From Klebsormidium nitens (lineage: Eukaryota > Plantae > Klebsormidiophyceae): a stretch of 64,000 bases of DNA. Position 1 is the stretch's first letter; every line of letters starts with the position of its first letter. Where the stretch lies: assembly GCA_000708835.1 (NCBI GenBank), contig DF237047.1:124001-188000 (forward strand), written 5' to 3'. The notes beneath the pieces were generated by a model that had not been told where the DNA came from, did not search any database, and saw only the letters and a program-made list of their open reading frames with translations. A program made the translations under genes and the position numbers. Below are positions 50,101 through 61,227 of this stretch, piece after piece.

Positions 50101-52730
50101 TCTGACAGCCAAGAGCGCGCACTGGGCAAAAGGCGCCCATTGCGTCGACGAGTTGGTCCAAAGGGGGGGGACCGTACAGGCCCATCTGCAAACAGGAAGC
50201 GAACCCCCCACTTCAGAATGGTTCTGAAAGGGCGACTGCAGCTGCAACGTACAAAGCTTCCGCGATCTCGCTTTTCATATGACAGAGATAAGTTGTAGAA
50301 GAAACACGCTCACAGACTAAGACGAGGAGGTTTACTTGGAGGTGCGGGTGGCTTAAATTAGGAGCAAGGGATCCCTCCGGATTGGAACGCTCGACACGTT
50401 TAACCCCTCCGCTTGAAATTCTTATTGCCAGAAGGAATATTAGACTCCAGGAAGCGAGAGTACACTTATTGCAGCGCATCGAATCCAGGCTAGCGCATGG
50501 CCTAATTGAGGAACGACAGAAGTGCCAAATCAGGTTTGGACACGGGTCTCATGAGGACGAACTCGGCGAATGGGGAGTCGAGTCGAGTGCCTCACCCCTA
50601 GGGGCGCTCCCGTTACCGAGTGCAGAGTCAGCAGGAGACCTGAAAAGAGAGAGTCAGAAAAGTCATGAACGGTTTGTCGAGACCAGCTTTGGTCTCTGCT
50701 GCATCTGGAAGAGGTTTTGCGATCTGCATCAGAGATCGCACATCAGCAGCCCTGTTTGAGGGGGGTCATTCGACAAAGGACCACCATGAGAGACTTCGAG
50801 AAGAATGGTCTTCCAGCATATGTTTGGCACGAACTTGAGGAAGTTTCTTTTCTACGAGAGCCACAGAAACCGCAAACAGGAGAATTAGAATGCTCAATAA
50901 CACCAGAGCCTAAACAGAACAGAAGGAGAAAGTAGATCTTACCTGGAAGCCCTCCGAATGTTTCTGACGAGACCCGTGAGAAGAAGAGGTGATTGAGCTG
51001 CGCCAAAAGACGGAGTCAATTTGAAGCTAAAGCGAGTCCTGAAGTGGTTCTCCTTTCCCCAAAAATCGGGAGGAGAGCTTTGCTTGCCTGGCCAAGCAAT
51101 GAAAGACGCAAACAGGGTTTTCGTCATCCAACTGGGATTGGATTCGATGAGCTTACACCAGCATGACCTTATCAACCACTGGACGTTCGTGGAATACAAC
51201 TTTCTAGGATATTCCCACAAACGTACACTTCTTAGAACGCTGGAAGGGTCCTCTAAACGTCATTGCAAGCAGTCATCCTTCTGCCACTTAATTTGAATAC
51301 AATGCACCTGGCGAGGCATGAGATTGATTAGAGCAGCAAAATGAAGACTAGCAAGCGAAATGCGACAGTATAATAAACCAATGAAGGCAAGAGCCGTGGC
51401 TAACCTTGCTCAGACGGACTTTGTGCTCAATGCAGTACCGCTGGAAGCCCTGAAGAGTCAAGGGAAGGCACACTTAAAGACTTGGTTGGCAAGATTGGAT
51501 CCACAAAAGAAGGAAGATGCATGTTATCATCAAATTCCTGAAGTAACACAATTGTCGAGATACAAAGCTTCAGTGAATAGAGGAGATTCAAGAAACTTTT
51601 TCAGGACAAGGGGCTAGTAGGGGTGGGGAGGTGGCGGGGCCTTACTCGAGCAACTTCGCTTCCTCATACCTTTCTCTCCGGGGTTTTGATTGGTGAGGCA
51701 AGAATCTCATCTCTCAGAAGCATTACAGCACAAAGGCAAGCCAACACCAAGATTGCACACGGGGTTCCAAGCTCACCTCGCCAACATTGAACAGGAACCT
51801 TTTGTTGTCAAAAAAGAGGAGGACGCTAGGACCGGTGTCTCCGGTGTCCATTCCGGTGCCCAACACCTATAAAGAAACCAAGCATAGTTCATTGGCGTTC
51901 CACAATTGAGCGTTGGAAAGCAACCGACATATTCAAGGCTAGCGCTCTTTGACTCTCCATTGTTCAGCTTAGCAGTCTCAGTCAGTGCGCCACTTCTGTC
52001 TGAGTCTCAACATGTGTCAGACTACGGTTTCCGCTGATCCTATGCCTGCAATTGCATCTGGTCAGGCTACCTTACTAATCTCACCGAAAGCAAAGAGTAT
52101 CTCTTCATTAGTAGAGGCTAGGACAAAATTCCGCAGATGACTTAAACGGCCAGCAGCGCCTAAAGGTGGTTGGAGCCAGCGACTCACTAGTGAGAAAGTT
52201 GATGAAAATGCCTCTATTGAACCTAGAGGGCGCGCAGAATTACTGCAGAATGCAGCATGTAAAGCATGACTTGCCTGCACATAGCAGTTGTAATGCTGCG
52301 GCGTCCTGTTCTCCCCCTTTCCATCCCTTTTCGCGGTTGCCGCCCCGGCCGCCGCCGCCTGGTTTCCTTTCGCACGCCCCATTGCAACACCAGCGCGCAC
52401 CACCGAAGCAGACGCACTAAAACCGCCGGCACTAGTTACTTGCCGCCCGAATCCAAACTCAGAGGCGCCGCCAAAGAAAGAAGTTTTACGGGCAGGTTGA
52501 AAGTGGGAACCGAGCAGCCGCCCGCTGACGTGCTTGATGTGCCGAGTGGTCGCGCCCCAGGGCAATCTCTGCAGGAAGGACGCCGTTTTGAGGGGCTCTT
52601 TTGCCGTGCTGCTAAATGAACCTGTGATGCTCGAATGCTGAGCGTAAGTTGGAGGATTGGTGGCGCCTTTAGAAGGGAGTGCGGATGAAAGTAGGGGCGG
52701 CCCAACTATGAAGGGCGCTGGACAGGACAT
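44110..52730 (-). CDS. TRZ: tRNase Z, long form (ELAC2 / plant TRZ3-TRZ4 type), ~1090 aa
   Basis: Exons 52730-52275, 51866-51777, 51449-51405, 50997-50943, 50639-50596, 50185-49403, 48727-48545, 47796-47662, 47152-46518, 45733-45187 (or 45733-45230 plus 45023-44981), 44415-44110. Motifs: VLGTGMDTGD..LFNVGEGFQRYCIEHK, exosite PGKFDPGKAKARGLPPG, FLGTGSSQPSKYRNVS, LMDCGEGT, WISHIHADHH, YSGDTRPC, IHEATF, LTHFSQRYPK. The first intron needs a GC donor. Confidence 0.93.
44981..45023 (-). repeat. 43-nt duplicate of the tRNase Z exon-10 end, bounded by its own AG and GT
   Basis: cttacag|GTTTGTGGAGGCGAGCCAGGGGGCCACGGTCCTCATTCACGAG|gtaacg, versus the same segment at 45229-45187. Confidence 0.85.
46705..46850 (-). 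repeat. 21-nt (7-aa) coding tandem repeat inside tRNase Z exon 9
   Basis: GLGVPEA ALRVSDE DLTIPDK SLGVADP GLGVSDK DLGVSDA. Confidence 0.85.
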
Positions 52731-52894
52731 GAGGCCGCCTTCTTCCAATACGTTAACAGACCACTTTGATTCTTTGAACAATGCTGAGCTTCGAGTGTTT
52801 CTGCATTTCCGGAGGGACGGTACCCTTGGGTCCCGTAGCTCGCGGCACTACGGGGCGGCGGTACGTACCCAGAACGTACCCAGAGGCCTGCAAA

Positions 52895-52960
52895 TCTTCC
52901 CGAAACCCTGGGCGGCCGCGTGGCGCCCCCGCGCCGCCGTCGAGCCGCGGCTTATAGCTG
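52895..52960 (+). promoter_or_regulatory. GC-rich upstream element shared by the orphan gene copies, within the divergent tRNase Z / orphan-1 spacer
   Basis: CTGCAAA..AAACCCTGGGCGGCCGCG lies upstream of copy 1 and, on the - strand at ~55199-55231, upstream of copy 2; AAACCCTGGGTGGCC lies at ~55276-55290 upstream of copy 3. A regulatory role is inferred. Confidence 0.45.
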
Positions 52961-53055
52961 ATCCCAGCCTGCGCATTTTAAATACAGTCCTTCCAAGGGA
53001 TGCTCCCCAGCCTCGCAGATGGCCTTAAGGCAATAGGAATCGGCGTTTGAATGAA

Positions 53056-53427
53056 ATGGACGCCGCTACGGCGCCGCCAGGGCAACCTCAGCCGACACTC
53101 TCCCAACCAAAGTCGGTACGGGCGCATGAGTATACTGAATCATATACCCCAAGAGTCGACGAGATGTACCCAAACGAGTTCCTCCATTACGGCTTGATGA
53201 TGGCCTTGGCTCATAGAAAGGAGAAGGAACGACAGGCGGGGGAGGCAGCTGAGCAGGCAAAGGAGCTGGCAAGGAAAAGGTGTATAGCCGAGAAGAAACT
53301 GGCAAGGCAGAAGTATATAGCCGAGAGAGTTGCCTCGGCGCGGCGACTATTGGGGGCTTGTTGCCACTTTAAATCCACGAGAGGAAAGAATTGCGGCAGG
53401 GAGCTGGACATGCAGACTGAAAAATGA
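53056..53427 (+). CDS. Orphan small coiled-coil protein, copy 1 of 3
   Basis: ORF MDAATAPPG..DEMYPNE..ELARKRCIAEKKLARQKYIAER..RRLLGACC, clearly homologous to 54679-55044 and 55414-55788. Confidence 0.55.
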   Translation: MDAATAPPGQPQPTLSQPKSVRAHEYTESYTPRVDEMYPNEFLHYGLMMALAHRKEKERQAGEAAEQAKELARKRCIAEKKLARQKYIAERVASARRLLGACCHFKSTRGKNCGRELDMQTEK

Positions 53428-54678
53428 GGCTCACCTTGTTAGTACTCAGTAATGATAGTAATGCAAGTATAAGCTGGTGCCTTTTAAAGGTTGGAATTTG
53501 TTAGACCGTAACGAATGCCCAACGAATGTCTATCGTGTACAGCGCGCTTTGGCTCTTGGACGTTTCTCCCTGTTTGAAGTTGCTTCAAATTCTCTCAAAG
53601 GCGAGCTGAAGCATAACATTGCAGATGGTTCCTTTGACAGCCCCTTTTGTATCGGCCTGATCACGTCAAGCGGTGACGGCTATGGTCCTGGAATCCTGGG
53701 CGTTCAGGTCGCGCCATGCACCCAAGGATCCGGCTTAATCTTTTTAAGTCTTATTGTCAGCTTGCCATAGTACAGAATTACCGTTGCGGTCCCAGTTCAA
53801 CGCTCAGGAAGCATCTGTGGTCGGCTGCACATGCTGCATGAGGACGGCCTGTATAACGGCCCGACTGCGCCTCTATATATGCTGCTTGCAGCGTGTTGCC
53901 GTTTGTTTAGACTCGAATGACTGTACCTCTCTGCATTTGTTTTCGAATGTTGGTTCAAGTGCACTGCAGCCACCTTTGAACCTAGGATGAGCGGGGCAAG
54001 AGCATGATTGTCTGGGCTTTGCCGAAGGTTTCACAACAACGTCAAATAAGCACTTGTTGACCGTAAAACTCGGTCAAACAGTGCTCGGTTGCGGCATCAA
54101 GATTGAAGGGGATCTAAATCCAATGTTGCTGAGCTTTTTGTTTCAGATGTTGGACTTGGAGGTACGTGTTATACGGTATAGCTATCTCGCAAGCACCTGG
54201 ATGACGTGTTTAGCGGCACCTCATTTCGAAAGAGCCGATGAATTGTTAGAAACTATGGTTCCAGCTCCCACATGCAGCTTACTAAAAATGGTCACCAAGC
54301 AATGAGCTCGGGCCGGCAATCTTCACCACTTTGTACCATGGCACTGCCCACAGTTTGCTCTTGAGTCATACTATGCACAACTTACGACAGTTGGTAAGAC
54401 TGCAGGTTGCTCGACTCGTCCAAGTGGAAAGGAGAGGCGAAAGTGAATTGCTTCGCCGTTACTGCTTGTTGTTATAGACATGAAAGATCATTTGCAAACA
54501 TTCCTCTAGAAGAATCCAAAGAAAGTTCGACCAGGGACGTACTTCGACAAAGAGCGCACAGTCGCAGTACAGCGGCACGGAGTGACCGTTTCTACTGGAT
54601 TATGTAGATCAACATTGAATGCATCCGTGCAAGGCATCAGTGCAGACTGTATGGTTAGTACCTACACGATCAGTCTTT

Positions 54679-55044
54679 TCATGTTCTGTTTGTCCGGCTC
54701 CCTTCCTGAGTCTTTCTAGCATTTTTGTGGGGCCAGCAAGCCCCCAAGAACCGCCGCACCAAGGCCATCTTCTCCGCTCTATGCTTTTGCCTCGCTAGCT
54801 TCTTCTCGGCTTTCTCCTTTTGCCTTGCCAGCTCCTTCGCCTGCTTAGCTACCTCCTCCGCCTGTCGTTCCATCTTCTTTCTTCTAGCCACGGCGACTGC
54901 CAGCTCGAGCTGGCGGCACTCGTTTGGGTACATCTCATCGGCTCTGGGTTTGTAACGTCTAGTAGAAGTCGAAGTTGCTTGGCACAACGCCTTTGTCTTC
55001 GTAGCCTCCTGTTGCCGCCCTGGCGGCACGGTCGCGGCATCCAT
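54679..55044 (-). CDS. Orphan small coiled-coil protein, copy 2 of 3
   Basis: ORF MDAATVPPG..DEMYPNE..ELARQKEKAEKKLARQKHRAEK..RRFLGACW; shares conserved blocks with the other two copies. Confidence 0.55.
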   Translation of the reverse strand: MDAATVPPGRQQEATKTKALCQATSTSTRRYKPRADEMYPNECRQLELAVAVARRKKMERQAEEVAKQAKELARQKEKAEKKLARQKHRAEKMALVRRFLGACWPHKNARKTQEGSRTNRT

Positions 55045-55413
55045 TTTCAGAAACTGTGACACCGTCGCCAAGATCTTGAAGGCTGCGAATCTGAGCAGCA
55101 GTATTTTATGGAACCCTCGGAGGCGGGAAGCTAGCTATATAGCCGGGGTGGCGGCAGGCAAACCACGGCCGCGCACGCGACTAGCGGCTCGGCCCCCTCG
55201 CGGCCGCCCAGGGTTTAGGGCAACTTTGCAGTCTTAAAAGACCTGGTGTGCTACCTGAAGTCAAACCTGGCTTAAACCCTGGGTGGCCTGCCGAGGTCGC
55301 GGCCGTAGGCATGCCGTCTCCCCCCAATTTCTCCTCTTCAAGGACCTAGGATGCTGCACAACTTTGCCAGCTTATGAGAAGCCTTCAGAGCGTTAGCCAC
55401 CGCACCTTACAGA

Positions 55414-55788
55414 ATGGATGCGACGATGGCGCCGCCAGGGCAACCTATGCAGACACTGTCCCAACCTGGCAGACTCTACGTTAAGCCTTGTAACCCTAGA
55501 ACCAGCAAGATGTACCCAGACTTATGACACCAGTTCGAAATAATAGCCGACCGTGCTATTGAACGTAAGAAGGAACGAGCGGCGAAGGAGGCAGAGAAGC
55601 AGGAAAAGGAGCTAGCGAGGCAACAGTATGTAGCCGAGAAGAAGCTGGCGAGGCAAGAGTATGTAGCTAAGAAGAAGGCTTCAGTGCGGCGGCTGTTTGG
55701 GGCCTGTTGCCCATCAATAGGAAGAAAGATTTCTGGCACAGAGCTGGTCAGACATCCCGAAAAGGCTGACCTTGTTAGTACTGGCTGA
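55414..55788 (+). pseudogene. Orphan small coiled-coil protein, copy 3 of 3, with an in-frame stop
   Basis: MDATMAPPGQ..KMYPDL*HQFE..ELARQQYVAEKKLARQEYVAKK..RRLFGACC..; TGA at 55525-55527 interrupts an otherwise colinear frame ending at 55786-55788. Confidence 0.6.
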
Positions 55789-56977
55789 TGCATTTCACGG
55801 ATGCGTTTGTTCAACACGAAGCCTGGACGGACTGTCATTCTGTCTCTGCGATCTCTGTTCGCCTTCGATTCCGGATGTTCGTCCCTGTTCGAACCGCTTC
55901 GGTTTCTTTGAGAAAATTGGAAGACACCATTGCGCGTATCTGACTCTTACCGATGCGTCCCGCTTTCTCTGTAGCGCCTTAGTCTGTCAGTCTTCGTTAA
56001 TTTTTACCTCTGGCACATTAAGCAGTGAAGGCAATAAACCTGGTCTTCTGCAATTGAATCTCGTGCGCTTCACTTGGATGACTTTTGAAAACCATAACTC
56101 TTGTCGTCGATCAGCTTGCCATTCAGTGGTGACCATTTAATTGCCGTCCCAAACTATAGCGAGCCGGGACCTTCTACACTTACCATTGCAAGTACTGCAC
56201 TGGCGCAGATCACACAGCCGCGATCCTAGCTTGCTGAGCCCATATACCGAGTACTGTACACAGCGTTTGGTCGATCGCTCCGGCACATTGTGCTTTTGTC
56301 AATCGCGATCGTCGGATCGAGACTGTTTCGGCTTGCATTCACTGCTTCCCCCAGAATATGCGACCTTGCGATTAAGCTGTCCGTAATTCTATAGCGTTCG
56401 CCAATTACGCATGCCCTGTATTCGAATAAGCATCCTGAATCTTGACATATAGGTACCATGCCAGGATGGTGCGTGCGGAATTGCAGTGCCGATCAGTATA
56501 CCTCGAGCTACTTGACGCAAGTACGCGCCCTGGCATGCGGGAGCGTAGGCCAAAACTGCGTGCACCAAAACATTGTGGTATGCAATTTTGATGGCCCATT
56601 CATCTGAGATACGGCCCGGTCAATCTGCTCCTGCACCGGGGAAAGTGCACTGCAGATGAATGCTCGTTTGCGAATCAGTGCCAATGCTTGCTACGAAGAT
56701 GATTGTGAAACGATCTTGAATCTTTGGAAATAGACAGATCGAAGCACCCAACGGCTTGATTGTACTCAAAGACCGACTTGTACGTTGAGCAATTTGTTAG
56801 ATGGTCAATTAGTAACAAGCGTGTCTTGCAGAGCTCTTGCCAAGACTGGTTCGTCAGAACTCCGACGAAGCAAACAGGCAAAAGTGCTCGGCATAACAAT
56901 GTCCCGCGCCACCTCTCCTAACATCAAAGTTTATCAAGTAATCATGCAAGGAAATAAGCGGCCCGCATGCGCGGTGT

Positions 56978-59900
56978 CTAAGCAAAGAATCGCAGCAGCC
57001 CTGAAACCACAGTGACTGCCGACGCTCTCGCCGGTGACTCCACGCTATTTGCGGGCATGATCTCTTCCTTTGACACTCTGTCGCCATCACCAATCCTCCT
57101 TTCTCCTCCTATATTTCCGACCGACCGGACCTATCATCTAATCTAAGCTCCGATTACGACCCTCCGTACTTCGTTCCACTGTGCGGCAACGACCATTCCG
57201 GCGAACTTTCGTTCCCGCCAGACTAGCGTTCCCCCAACAGTAGCACAGCCGCTCAAACGATATATGACCTTACAGCATCCCGCGTCTGCTCGGCCCGCTT
57301 CTCCCGCAGCGCCTCGATCACGCGCGCGGCCTGCGCTCGGAGTGCGCCGTTCTCCAAGGGCTTGTACGGCGTTGCAAGCTTCCTGGGAAGATCGCGCTCG
57401 AACCAGGGATGACGTCGGATCTCGGGAACAGTGATACGCGCGGCAGGGTCTACCACGAAGATGCGCGCGAGCAGGTCCTTGCAATCGGACGAGAGGCTGA
57501 CATTTGCAGGCAGGAAGTAGCGGCCCGCGAGGATGTTCTGCAGAGGGAAAGCGTCAGCATGACGTCAGCAAGGGCGTATGGAGAGGCGGCGCCGACACAG
57601 GCCCTTGTAATTGGACGCGAGGCTGACGGTTTTGGAGCGAAAGCAGCGGCCCGCCAGGATGATCTTAATTGGCAGTGTCAGCGTGACGTCAGTGAGGGCG
57701 AATGGAAGGGCGGTGCAGGACAACTACTCAAGGAAATACTAGGAGCGACAAACGACGACATATTGAAACCGGCAGTACCGCAAGCACCAGGACTGAGAGC
57801 GCTGCATGCAAGAACTTAGCTCGGATCGACGCCAACCTGTGTAAGTAACAGCCAGTAATCTAGTCTGCACATTAAGCCGCATAACCGGCTAACAGCAAGA
57901 TCACCCGACAAGACGGCGCTGCCGTTCCTCAACGCCTTATCAGGACACGAATTTGTCAGACGTACTTAGTATCTGACCTACGACAGAACTACAACAGAAT
58001 TGAAGGTGCTCGACAAACATCGAAACAGAAGCCCAAGGCTGCACGAAGTCAATAATATCCTAAACCCAGGCGGCCACGCTCGTCCTTATCTGCCTGCCAG
58101 GAAGTTTTGGGTGCTGTAATGGTAGGAAAAGTAACCTCAGCTCATCTCAAACAGCAATCGTAACAACCGGGGCTCAGACTCAACCCAGCGAGCTCACGAA
58201 AGCGAGCGCTAGAGCATACGACCCCACCTCAGCACACCCCCAAAACTCCAGTAGCCGCAGAACCGAACCTTGCAAAACCAAGTCGTCAGAAACGCAACCA
58301 GATGGAAGGTTAGTACTAACCCCGTTCATCAAATCTGTGACGACAGGAGCGGTGCTGCCTCACCTCAAAGATCCGGGTGATGTTCTTTGGTTGCTCCGGA
58401 TCCGCAAAAGGGTACGCGTGGAAGAGGATGGCCGCCAGGATGACCCCTAGTGACCAGACGTCTGCTGCGCGGCGGTCAATGTTTCCTGCGCCCTTTGCGG
58501 TGCGTGACTTGAGCTGTTCGGGGGCCGCGTAGATGGATCCGGGACAACCGATGTCGGCGAATGGGGAGTGCTGCACAAAAAAGAGCAAGGATTGGATGTG
58601 CTTCAGGAAGGTGGTGAGAGATTGATTGAATCGGGCTGAGGGGGGAGCTGGTGCGTGAGGAAATGGTGGAATGACTTGTGCGAGAGTTGGAAGACAACAT
58701 CGTTGGAAGTTCCAGCGATAGAAGTTTGCAGGACAGCGAGCAGAGGACAGAAACAGTTGAAAACAATATGAAAGTCGGTCAGCAGAAGAGAAAGTTGCAG
58801 GCGGAAGGAGGGAGCCACCAGCTCGTACACAGAACCATCAAAGAGATGTTGAGGTAGATAACATACAAGAACAAACTACTGAGCACCCTTTGCAGACGCA
58901 TAATGCTCGTAGAAATATGTAATAGGAACCTTGAGAGAGGTTCTGCACAAAACCAGAAAGCTGCAATAGGCGGAGAGATTATGGTTGTAAGTGAAAGGGA
59001 CGTGTCTAAACCCAACTCTTGACCTGACCACGCATGGTGATGTCGAGATGAGGACAGCTGCGAGAGTCCTTGTTTTTTCAAACAGCGTTGTAGATATCCT
59101 TACCTTCGCAATCGCCGGGTCCGCCAGCTTCACTTCCGGGGGGGTCATCCTCGTCAGCAGGATGTTTTCTAACTTGAGATCTCTCCCAGGCGCGCCCTGA
59201 AAACACGACAACGACGTCAGCAAGGCGGTGGATACGTCAGCAAGGGGGTGAATGAACGTCAGCAACGCTAAGCCCAAGGCCTGCAGAGTCGTTCCTTTGG
59301 CACCGATGAGCGGAACCCTTTGAGAACAAACTCAAAGCTAGTCCCCTATGACAAGAAGTTGGGCAATAATAGCAAAGAGTAGCAGGCAAGGCGAACCAAG
59401 GGCAGAAATAGGAAAGACGACGAGAGCAAAAAGAAACTTGGTCGTTGAAATCACCTGAGAGTGGCAGAACTCCACCGCAGCCGCTAGCTGTTGAAACAAG
59501 TACCGGCACTGCGCAAAGATGGGATGGGACAAAAGTAACGTGAGCAACCTATCAAACTGATTCCTGATGTACCGGAATCTTCACTTACTCGACCTCAGCA
59601 GGATACTTTCGGACACTTCGCTACCAGCACCACACAACAAACAGAGCTGCACGAAGAATCATGTCCTCAGTACAAGACCAGACCCTGCGAACAACTTAAG
59701 TCCAGAGGGAACTCGCCTGTGGTTCGGATAACAACCGCTTGTCCACGAAGGTCATCAGCGAGTTCCCCGGTGCGTACTCAAACACTTGGTACAATTGGCC
59801 CTCATGTATGTACACCTGCAGGTACGTTAGACAAATCACAAAAGCAACACTTGCAGAAGGCGTACCTTAATTAAGCTGAATTAAGAAGCAGAAATCAGGT

Positions 59901-61227
59901 TTGAGGGTAACCTGAGGGTCACTTTCTGTTTGTTGAAGAGGCACACAAGTCCTTAAGTCATGACAGGGCAGTGTGAACAAGAGACTCAACAAGAGACTCC
60001 TAAAGAAATCTTGTAAGGTTGCAAGCATGCACAACAGTGATAGTGCCACTAAATACCGCTCAAGTCGCAGCTACTGAGCAGGAAAACAGAGGGGCACAAT
60101 AACCGCCTCAACCTCAAATTAGCAGCAACGCTTGTAGTAGGCAATCCGTTTTCTTTGAATGCTGAACTTACCTCACACAACCGAGTGATGCAGGGATGCT
60201 GCAGATTGAGCAACGACGAGATCTCTTGCTCTAAATGAGGCAAGGACGTTCTCTGCAGACCCGAACAGGGAAATGAGTTCAACCTTTTGGGTAGTAGCCT
60301 TTGGTTCGAATGTTGCGTGACTTTCCTACTAGCTCAAGCGTCTTGTTCATTTGTACCTCGAACGCTTCCCCCTAGATCGTAAGGCAAGTCACTTAAGTCG
60401 CAGTGATCGGCTTCTAGACAATGAAGTGGGATGCAGATAATAAGGGAGCGCTCCAGTCATGGCCACACAGAGTAACATACAAATCTTCAGACTTTTTGTA
60501 TCCACCTTCAGAAGAAAGGGCATGCAGATAAGGTGGGGGCATGCTTGATAGGCCCTCAAGGTCAGTCGCAGAATTGCACTTTCTGTTTCGAAAGTGTGAC
60601 CCGGTCCTCCACATGGAAAAACCTGAAAATTGATCCCTCAATTGAAGCAGCAAATAGACAGGCCAAAGGGCCACTCCAGGGTTTTCTATGGCCACGAGAA
60701 AAAAGGGGTACACGAACGTGCATGACATCACACCAGTAAGTGGTCGTCGATACTTCATGCCGTCATCATGATTCTTCTTACAAGTCATAGATGAAAAACC
60801 TCAAGCGGCTGCGTAAGGGGGCTCCATAGAAAATCGCCAGAGCTTTCGCTCTACTTTGAGCTCTCTCTAAGAAAGCTCAAACCCACGATGCAGTAAGAAA
60901 TACTCGTCATCTTGCATCAGTTATGAATTCCAATTTGAAAGCTGTGAGCAGCTTTGCTAGCCGTTGCAGAAAGCTTGCCAAAGCCACCACTCAAACTTGT
61001 CATAAGGGTTTTGAGACGACTGAAAACATATGGCTCACCTTATTCAGTTCTGACCGCTTGATTGCCAGCTGCTTGCCTGTTTGCGGGATGCGCAAGACCC
61101 GAACTGACACATCATCTGCTGAAAAGATTTCAGTTCCCTGATTTTCAAACTTCTCCCCTGCTTGTGCGTCCGATTTGAAATCTCTCACAGTAGCGGTCAG
61201 GTAAGGAGGAGAAAGAACCGTAGCCAT
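56978..61227 (-). CDS. Divergent SnRK2-related Ser/Thr kinase or pseudokinase (~379 aa)
   Basis: Exons 61227-61039, 60252-60172, 59815-59717, 59508-59455, 59196-59104, 58570-58364, 57537-57274 and probably 57130-56978. LAIK, EQEISSLLNLQHPCI, FEYAPG, YLFQQL..VEFCHS, GRDLKLENILL, KLADPA, YAAPE, ADVWSLGV, YPFADPEQPKN, RITVPEIRRHPWF. The first five intron positions match plant SnRK2 genes as I recall them. Intron 59716-59509 has a GC donor. The last exon is least certain. Confidence 0.85.
57596..57690 (-). repeat. Acceptor echo upstream of kinase exon 7
   Basis: ttaag|ATCATCCTGGCGGGCCGCTGCTTT..GTCAGCCTCGCGTCCAATTACAAGG versus the real tgcag|AACATCCTCGCGGGCCGCTACTTC..GTCAGCCTCTCGTCCGATTGCAAGG. 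Confidence 0.85.
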
